Assembly: GCA_946497585.1 (NCBI GenBank)
Contig: CAMMLF010000002.1
Span: 1-40,139 of the forward strand
DNA: 40,139 nucleotides
Origin: an uncultured Clostridium sp.
GTDB lineage: Bacteria > Bacillota > Clostridia > TANB77 > CAG-508
Direction of reading: 5' to 3'
Part shown: positions 35,340 to 39,319 of the stretch, one piece after another
Layout: each line of letters begins with the position of its first letter
How positions within the stretch are numbered: position 1 is the first letter of the stretch
Notes under the pieces: generated by a model
Database searches by the model: none
What the model was told of the DNA's origin: nothing
The model's input: the letters and a program-made list of their open reading frames with translations, nothing else
Program-made: the position numbers and the translations under genes

Positions 35340-35579
35340 AGAAAAAATAAAAAAATATTTTTTCTAGGAGTCCAAGAATCATTCCTAACAAAGTCCTAAC
35401 TGGTTGGACCGGTAAATTGGAATGTCAGACCTAACTGAAAGAGGAGTTGCTATACTTTACATAGCTGATTAACAACCATAAGTTGTAGTCAAGGCAGTAA
35501 CTTTAATTTATCGCGATACCCTTGACGGATAATGGGACTTCATTCTCGAGTCGTAGCTACTTTGAAGTTCCTTTTCTAT
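35340..35579 (+). ncRNA. Structured non-coding leader of about 220-240 nt ahead of the first tRNA
   Basis: No ORF, and higher GC than the surroundings. Stems GTCAAGG (35488-35494) / CCTTGAC (35519-35525), GGGACTTCA / TGAAGTTCC (one G-U pair), and GCTAT-ACTTTAC-ATAGC. D-arm-like GTCCTAACTGGTTGGAC. Confidence 0.4.
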
Positions 35580-35656
35580 GCACGAGTAGGCAAACTGGCA
35601 AAGCCGCTGGTCTTAGAAACCAGTGTATGAAAGTTCGATTCTTTCCTTGTGCACCA
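35580..35656 (+). tRNA. tRNA with anticodon UAG (Leu codon CUA) but a short 5-nt variable loop
   Basis: Acceptor GCACGAG / CTTGTGC. Anticodon arm CTGGT-CTTAGAA-ACCAG. T arm GAAAG-TTCGATT-CTTTC. A73 and CCA are encoded. D arm has a 3-bp stem. Confidence 0.7.
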
Positions 35657-35697
35657 AACTCTTCACGCATTGAGTATAAATAACTGCGCAATGCCCC

Positions 35698-35733
35698 TGG
35701 CAGAGGGTGGTGAAGTGTCACCGAATATCTGCC
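35698..35733 (+). pseudogene. tRNA-Tyr-like 5'-half relic
   Basis: TGGCAGAGGGTGGTGAAGTGTCACCGAATATCTGCC aligns by eye with the D and anticodon arms of the Tyr tRNA (GGCAGAGGTGGTGAGCTGCACCAGACTGTAAATCTGGC). No T arm is present. Confidence 0.4.
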
Positions 35734-35737
35734 ATAC

Positions 35738-35824
35738 GGATGGATGGCGGAACTGGTAGACGCACAGGACTTAAAATCCTGTATCAGAAATGGTGTGAGG
35801 GTTCGATTCCCTCTCTATCCACCA
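35738..35824 (+). tRNA. tRNA-Leu(UAA)
   Basis: Acceptor GGATGGA / TCTATCC. Anticodon arm CAGGA-CTTAAAA-TCCTG. 15-nt variable arm. T arm GAGGG-TTCGATT-CCCTC. ACCA 3' end. Confidence 0.9.
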
Positions 35825-35942
35825 ATTTAGTTTGCATACCTAATCATATAGATTTTCATATACCATTTTGGGTATATTGAACGCACGGCGCCGTCTGTAA
35901 CAGTTCGATTATCGTCCTGACTACGGCAGCCGGTTTATATAT

Positions 35943-36028
35943 GGGTCAGCGGCAGAGGTGGTGAGCTGCACCAGACTGTAAATCTGGCGTCATTTGACTA
36001 GGAGGTTCGAGTCCTTACTGGCCCACCA
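35943..36028 (+). tRNA. tRNA-Tyr(GUA)
   Basis: Acceptor GGGTCAG / CTGGCCC. Anticodon arm CCAGA-CTGTAAA-TCTGG. Long variable arm. TTCGAGT T loop. ACCA 3' end. Confidence 0.85.
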
Positions 36029-36076
36029 ACAACTCCCTTCATAAGGTAGCTAGAGCCATAAGTCTAGCACTTATAT

Positions 36077-36151
36077 TCCCGGATAGCCTAACTGGTAGGG
36101 CACAGGACTTTGACTCCTGGAGTGTTAGTTCGAGTCTAGCTCCGGGAACCA
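36077..36151 (+). tRNA. tRNA-Gln(UUG)
   Basis: Acceptor TCCCGGA / TCCGGGA (U1-A72). Anticodon arm CAGGA-CTTTGAC-TCCTG. T arm GTTAG-TTCGAGT-CTAGC. ACCA 3' end. Confidence 0.9.
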
Positions 36152-36191
36152 GTCTCATTAGAGACATTCCCTTTCTCAAAGTTATACATTG

Positions 36192-36231
36192 GTCAGCTAC
36201 TTGCAATAGAGCTTGTAGCTGGCTTTTGTTT
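36192..36231 (+). terminator. Terminator of tRNA operon 1
   Basis: CAGCTAC (36194-36200) / GTAGCTG (36215-36221), then GCTTTTGTTT. A small GTCTC-ATTA-GAGAC hairpin lies at 36152-36165. Confidence 0.7.
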
Positions 36232-36234
36232 GCT

Positions 36235-36267
36235 AATAAACCTTTAGGTTTACATAATATGTTTACC
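36235..36267 (+). repeat. Intergenic element copy 10 (degenerate)
   Basis: AAACCTTTAGGTTTACATAATATGTTTAC, with GTTTACATAAT at 36248-36258. Followed by AGCTGG/CAGCTG motifs and GTGCGTGC. Confidence 0.7.
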
Positions 36268-36372
36268 GCTGGAGTAGCTGGATGGCAGCTACACCGCAGC
36301 TGTGCGTGCAATTATACTTCGCCGCTAACTAAAAGTCAAGTCTCAGCAGCTACAACTTATACAAGTTAAAAC

Positions 36373-36401
36373 TTGAATTTCATTTTAAATTCTGATATAA
36401 T
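36373..36401 (+). promoter_or_regulatory. Class-B promoter B3 (tandem with B4)
   Basis: TTGAAT 36373-36378, 17 bp, TGaTATAAT ending at 36401, then ATTATTATAGAAAAAA. Confidence 0.65.
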
Positions 36402-36463
36402 ATTATTATAGAAAAAAGAAAAAAGAAAATCAATTTCAACCCGGGAAATAGCAAAATGAAAAT

Positions 36464-36492
36464 TTGATTTTATTTTAAAATTATAGTATAAT
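36464..36492 (+). promoter_or_regulatory. Class-B promoter B4 (tRNA operon 2)
   Basis: TTGATT 36464-36469, 17 bp, TATAAT 36487-36492, then TATTATAGAAAGAAAAAA. Confidence 0.7.
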
Positions 36493-36529
36493 TATTATAG
36501 AAAGAAAAAAGAAAAACAAAAACAAATAT

Positions 36530-36604
36530 GGCGCTATGGGCAAGTGGTCAAGCCACCACCCTTTCACGGTGGAGTCCCCAGTTCGATTCTGGGTAGCGCT
36601 ACCA
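36530..36604 (+). tRNA. tRNA-Glu(UUC)
   Basis: Acceptor GGCGCTA / TAGCGCT (G1-U72). Anticodon arm CCACC-CTTTCAC-GGTGG. T arm CCCAG-TTCGATT-CTGGG. ACCA 3' end. Confidence 0.85.
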
Positions 36605-36611
36605 ATTATAT

Positions 36612-36697
36612 GCCGTCTGTCCGGGTTGGTGAGGGAGCTGCCTTGAAAGCAGTTGGCCTGAAAGGGCTTGCAGGTTCGAATCCTGTGGACGGCGCCA
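36612..36697 (+). tRNA. tRNA-Ser(UGA)
   Basis: Acceptor GCCGTCT / GGACGGC. Anticodon loop CTTGAAA. Long variable arm. TTCGAAT T loop. G73 plus CCA. Confidence 0.85.
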
Positions 36698-36701
36698 AAA
36701 T

Positions 36702-36776
36702 GGCTCGGTAGTTCAACGGTTAGAATACAAGCCTGTCACGCTTGAGACTGGAGTTCAACTCTCCATCGAGTCGCCA
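36702..36776 (+). tRNA. tRNA-Asp(GUC)
   Basis: Acceptor GGCTCGG / TCGAGTC (two G-U pairs). Anticodon arm CAAGC-CTGTCAC-GCTTG. T arm TGGAG-TTCAACT-CTCCA. G73 plus CCA. Confidence 0.85.
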
Positions 36777-36781
36777 CATAT

Positions 36782-36857
36782 GGGGCCATAGCTTAGCTGG
36801 TAAAGCGCCTGCCTTGCAAGCAGGAGAGCAGGAGTTCGATTCTCCTTGGCTCCACCA
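36782..36857 (+). tRNA. tRNA-Ala(UGC)
   Basis: Acceptor GGGGCCA / TGGCTCC with G3-U70. Anticodon arm CCTGC-CTTGCAA-GCAGG. ACCA 3' end. Confidence 0.9.
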
Positions 36858-36912
36858 CTAAAGGGTTTTGTAGTTTGCATCCTCACCTATAAAAACAAAC
36901 TACTACTTATAT

Positions 36913-36988
36913 GCGGCATTAGCTCAGATGGTAGAGCACTTGACTTTTAATCAAGGGGTCGAAGGTTCGAATCCTTCATGCCGCACCA
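36913..36988 (+). tRNA. tRNA-Lys(UUU)
   Basis: Acceptor GCGGCAT / ATGCCGC. D arm GCTC-AGATGGTA-GAGC. Anticodon arm CTTGA-CTTTTAA-TCAAG. T arm GAAGG-TTCGAAT-CCTTC. ACCA 3' end. Confidence 0.92.
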
Positions 36989-37079
36989 GCGCCCTCTTTA
37001 GCTAGACAGAGGTTAAAACAATCTAGCACCCAGTACTGGTTTTAGTTTTGGCTCTTGGGTTCGACTCCCACGGTGCGGT
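36980..37079 (+). ncRNA. tRNA-like element of about 100 nt without a canonical anticodon arm
   Basis: T-arm-like TGGG-TTCGACT-CCCA (37056-37070). The 3' strand GGTGCGG (37072-37078) can pair with CCGCACC (36981-36987), which overlaps the 3' end of tRNA-Lys. Internal hairpin GCTAGA (37001-37006) / TCTAGC (37022-37027). No CCA. Confidence 0.3.
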
Positions 37080-37088
37080 GGGGATTAC

Positions 37089-37130
37089 TGCGCCGAAGCT
37101 TAACGGTAAGCCTCCTACATTAGAGTAGGG
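37089..37130 (+). pseudogene. tRNA 5'-half-like relic
   Basis: TGCGCCG-AA-GCTT-AACGGT-AAGC looks like an acceptor strand plus D arm. It is followed by CCTAC-ATTAGA-GTAGG (6-nt loop). No T arm before promoter B5. Confidence 0.3.
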
Positions 37131-37147
37131 AAGAGAAGAGTCAAAAC

Positions 37148-37176
37148 TTGATTTGAAATTAAAATTGTGATATAAT
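37148..37176 (+). promoter_or_regulatory. Class-B promoter B5 (tRNA operon 3)
   Basis: TTGATT 37148-37153, 17 bp, TGaTATAAT ending at 37176, then TATTATAGTAAAGAAAAA. Confidence 0.7.
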
Positions 37177-37199
37177 TATTATAGTAAAGAAAAATAAAT

Positions 37200-37275
37200 A
37201 GTCCCTTAGCTCAGCTGGGAGAGCGTCGCCCTTACAAGGCGAAGGTCGTTGGTTCGAGACCAACAGGGACTACCA
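37200..37275 (+). tRNA. tRNA-Val(UAC)
   Basis: Acceptor AGTCCCT / AGGGACT. D arm GCTC-AGCTGGGA-GAGC. Anticodon arm TCGCC-CTTACAA-GGCGA. T arm GTTGG-TTCGAGA-CCAAC. ACCA 3' end. Confidence 0.9.
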
Positions 37276-37280
37276 TATAT

Positions 37281-37356
37281 TGCGATTGTAGAGAACCGGA
37301 ATCTCGTCAGTCTCATAAGCTGAAGTTAAGTGGTTCGACTCCACTCATCGCAACCA
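37281..37356 (+). tRNA. tRNA with CAU anticodon (Met, or Ile2 if C34 is lysidinylated); irregular acceptor stem
   Basis: Anticodon arm TCAGT-CTCATAA-GCTGA. D arm GAGA-ACCGGAA-TCTC. T arm AGTGG-TTCGACT-CCACT. Acceptor TGCGAT(T)G / CATCGCA needs a bulged U or a U-C mismatch at 7-66. Confidence 0.7.
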
Positions 37357-37363
37357 ATTATAT

Positions 37364-37439
37364 TGGCACATAGCTCAGTAGGTAGAGCAACTGGCTGTTA
37401 ACCAGTGGGTCGGGAGTTCGAGGCTCTCTGTGCCAGCCA
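37364..37439 (+). tRNA. tRNA-Asn(GUU)
   Basis: Acceptor TGGCACA / TGTGCCA (U1-A72). Anticodon arm ACTGG-CTGTTAA-CCAGT. G73 plus CCA. Confidence 0.9.
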
Positions 37440-37442
37440 TTC

Positions 37443-37518
37443 GCCCATATAGCTCAACTGGCAGAGCACCGCTCTTGTAAAGCGGAGGTTACCTGTTCGA
37501 TTCAGGTTGTGGGCTCCA
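37443..37518 (+). tRNA. tRNA-Thr(UGU)
   Basis: Acceptor GCCCATA / TGTGGGC. Anticodon arm CCGCT-CTTGTAA-AGCGG. T arm ACCTG-TTCGATT-CAGGT. TCCA 3' end. Confidence 0.9.
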
Positions 37519-37524
37519 CAAAAT

Positions 37525-37553
37525 TTGACTAAAAACTAAAATTATGATATAAT
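37525..37553 (+). promoter_or_regulatory. Class-B promoter B6
   Basis: TTGACT 37525-37530, 17 bp, TGaTATAAT ending at 37553, then AATTATAGAAAATAAA. Confidence 0.7.
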
Positions 37554-37559
37554 AATTAT

Positions 37560-37650
37560 AGAAAATAAATAAAAAATTAGCCGATATGTTCAAAAATAAT
37601 AGATAAAGTAGGCGAAACCCTCGTAAAAATACTACTTTCCCTTCTTTTTA
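37560..37650 (+). ncRNA. Candidate short transcript (about 90 nt) with no ORF
   Basis: Lies between promoters B6 and B7. Hairpin AAAGTAG (37605-37611) / CTACTTT (37632-37638), then CCCTTCTTTTTA. The only ORF is a 6-codon ATG frame. Confidence 0.3.
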
Positions 37651-37670
37651 TAAGAATTAACAACAAAAAA

Positions 37671-37700
37671 TTAGACAAAAACTTAAAATTATGATATAAT
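37671..37700 (+). promoter_or_regulatory. Class-B promoter B7
   Basis: TTAGAC 37671-37676, 18 bp, TGaTATAAT ending at 37700, then TATTATAGAAAGAAAG. A leader of about 120 nt has CGGTTA-AAAAA-TAACCG and TCACG...CGTGA hairpins. Confidence 0.6.
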
Positions 37701-37826
37701 TATTATAGAAAGAAAGAAAAAACAACCTAATTTCGATATAAACGGTTAAAAAATAACCGAATATATAAAAATAAAATAGGGTCACGACCTTAACGTGAGA
37801 GCCGAAAGGCAGAAAGGTGGTCAATT

Positions 37827-38162
37827 ATGGCAGATAAAATAACAAAAGCAATGAATGATGGAGCTGCAAGAAGCAATGCAGTAGAAGTTTTAGGATTAGG
37901 AGCATATGCAAAAGTATCAAATACTGAATATGCATTAACTGTAAAAGATTTAGAAGGAAACGACAAAGTCGTAGTAGTAAAATTAACTGTTCCAAAAAAT
38001 CAAACTTCAATAGATGAAATGGTATCTGCTTATGAAGCTGAAAGAGCAGAAGTAGAAGCTAGAAAAGCTGAAAGAGAAGCTGAAAGAGCTGCTAAGAAAG
38101 CTGCTAAAGCTAACAAAGCAAACAAAAAAGCTAACAAAGAAGAAGAAGTAGTAGAATTCTAG
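37827..38162 (+). CDS. Paralog family member 3 (111 aa, divergent)
   Basis: VVVVKLTVPKN plus an A/E/K/R-rich C-terminal helix (EARKAEREAERAAKKAAKANK), the same architecture as members 1 and 2. AAAGGTGG SD. Confidence 0.6.
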   Translation: MADKITKAMNDGAARSNAVEVLGLGAYAKVSNTEYALTVKDLEGNDKVVVVKLTVPKNQTSIDEMVSAYEAERAEVEARKAEREAERAAKKAAKANKANKKANKEEEVVEF

Positions 38163-38166
38163 TAAC

Positions 38167-38194
38167 AGCAGGGCATAGACCCTGCTTTATTTTT
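38167..38194 (+). terminator. Rho-independent terminator
   Basis: AGCAGGG-CATAGA-CCCTGCT, then TTATTTTT. Confidence 0.85.
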
Positions 38195-38213
38195 AGAAAA
38201 GGAGGTACTATTT

Positions 38214-38570
38214 ATGACAGAGCGCGAAAAGTCTAATTTGCTAAGAGAAGCAGAACTTAAAAAAATTAAGAAGTATTATGAAGACCAAGGATATATATGT
38301 GAAAGAATATTATCTCAAAATTCTCCCTCTTCTATAATTCTATTTACAGAAGACCAAGAGAAAAATGAAAGATATATTGAAATAAAATTTATTGTCAAAA
38401 AGCCTGAATATGAACCTGATGACGATATAGAAGAATTTAAAGCTGAAATTGAGAAGAGGGCGGTTAAACAAGTAAAAGCTGATATAAATAAACTTCCAAA
38501 GAAAGAACGACTTGCCGCCGAACAACAAGCTAACAAGAAAGTAAAAGAAATAATAGAAAGCTATAAATAG
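38214..38570 (+). CDS. Hypothetical charged protein (118 aa)
   Basis: AAGGAGG SD 8 nt upstream of the ATG. Confidence 0.65.
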   Translation: MTEREKSNLLREAELKKIKKYYEDQGYICERILSQNSPSSIILFTEDQEKNERYIEIKFIVKKPEYEPDDDIEEFKAEIEKRAVKQVKADINKLPKKERLAAEQQANKKVKEIIESYK

Positions 38571-38585
38571 CTTTCTTTCTTTTTG
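38556..38585 (+). terminator. Rho-independent terminator
   Basis: GAAAGCT-ATAAAT-AGCTTTC, then TTTCTTTTT; overlaps the stop codon. Confidence 0.7.
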
Positions 38586-38669
38586 CCCTTTAATAAGTAA
38601 AACGCTTTCTAGCGCAAATTGTGCGGGCCATTATCCCACAAATTCCACTAAAAGTCAAGCGCAAACATA

Positions 38670-38707
38670 AATAAAAAAAAGAAGAGAGTAGCCGTGTCTA
38701 CTCTCTT
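38670..38707 (-). terminator. Rho-independent terminator of the leftward small transcription unit
   Basis: AAGAGAGTAG (38682-38691) / CTACTCTCTT (38698-38707). On the minus-strand RNA it is followed by a run of 8 U. Confidence 0.8.
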
Positions 38708-39009
38708 GAATTTCATTCTAACCGTAGCTTGTATGCCACTACTTTAAGGGGTCAAACAGCTGCAGCTGTCACCTTTATACTCTCCCAGTTATATTACTTT
38801 TCTATCGCCCATAACGTCAAGATGAAATGGACTTCACATTCACACTAGGTTCTGGTATCCCATTACCAAGTGTCCCTCTGTGCGTTTCGGTTTCAGCTTA
38901 CCTAGTTAAAGCCTACAATAGTGCAGTGACCTTGAAACCGTCGTCCCTAGTCTCAGCGCTATCGCTAACTTTGTTCGCATAAGCTGAATTGACATATATG
39001 TAACACAGC
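38708..39009 (-). ncRNA. Non-coding, comparatively GC-rich stretch of about 300 nt between the small ORF and its terminator (candidate structured RNA)
   Basis: No ORF on either strand. On the minus-strand RNA there is an 8-bp stem CGGTTTCA ... TGAAACCG. Contains CAGCTGCAGCTG. Confidence 0.35.
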
Positions 39010-39195
39010 TTAAAAAGCTGGTTCAAACACTCCAACAGCCTCTACGTGCCCATCACTGTCATAAGTAGCTGTAATATATGGTTTTTTGTCTAGTCCTAAC
39101 TCTGCGGCTGAACTAGCTCCAAAACTATCTAAAATTCTGTTTTGTACCTCAGTTGTAAGTTCGCTGAAAAATATGTTTCTTGTTTCCATACTCAT
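39010..39195 (-). CDS. Small hypothetical protein (about 59-61 aa)
   Basis: GAAGGGAGAG SD. Start is ATG 39195 or 39189; the track start is an upstream TTG. Driven by promoter B8. Confidence 0.55.
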   Translation of the reverse strand: MSMETRNIFFSELTTEVQNRILDSFGASSAAELGLDKKPYITATYDSDGHVEAVGVFEPAF

Positions 39196-39234
39196 CTCTC
39201 CCTTCAACTTTTATTTTATTTTTTCTATAATATT

Positions 39235-39263
39235 ATTATAGCAAAAATCGCGCGAAAAATCAA
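39235..39263 (-). promoter_or_regulatory. Class-B promoter B8 (leftward)
   Basis: On the minus strand: TTGATT (39263-39258), 17 bp, TATAAT (39240-39235), then AATATTATAGAAAAAA. Confidence 0.65.
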
Positions 39264-39319
39264 ATTTTTTAAAGAAAAATTAGTGCGAAAAAGAATTTGA
39301 CAAAGAGTGAGTAGTTTGC

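Noticed and set aside
27073-36270. Whether the GTTTACATAAT repeats form a CRISPR array
   Set aside because: The repeats occur in both orientations. Spacing is irregular at 0.1-1.4 kb. The intervening DNA contains promoters, genes and terminators. No cas genes are present.
36039-36311. 90-aa minus-strand ORF
   Set aside because: It runs antisense through tRNA-Gln, the operon terminator and a repeat element, so it is not credible as a gene.
36980-37130. Circularly permuted tRNA (3' half at 37055-37078 upstream of 5' half at 37089-37130)
   Set aside because: The acceptor strands can pair using G-U wobbles. However, the model needs a 4-bp T stem and a 6-nt anticodon loop, and such genes are not known in phages. 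A pair of relics is the simpler reading.
35580-37518. Suppressor tRNAs or stop-codon recoding
   Set aside because: None of the 13 anticodons is CUA, UCA or UUA. All large genes are open in the standard code, including a 3257-codon ORF.
27214-38536. Minus-strand ORFs in the rightward region (27214..27420, 27875..28147, 28298..28483, 29355..29594, 30619..30810, 30869..31078, 32314..32649, 37825..38010, 38315..38536, 38340..38528)
   Set aside because: They overlap plus-strand genes, promoters or terminators. They lack SDs and have F/L/I/Y-rich composition typical of AT-rich antisense frames.
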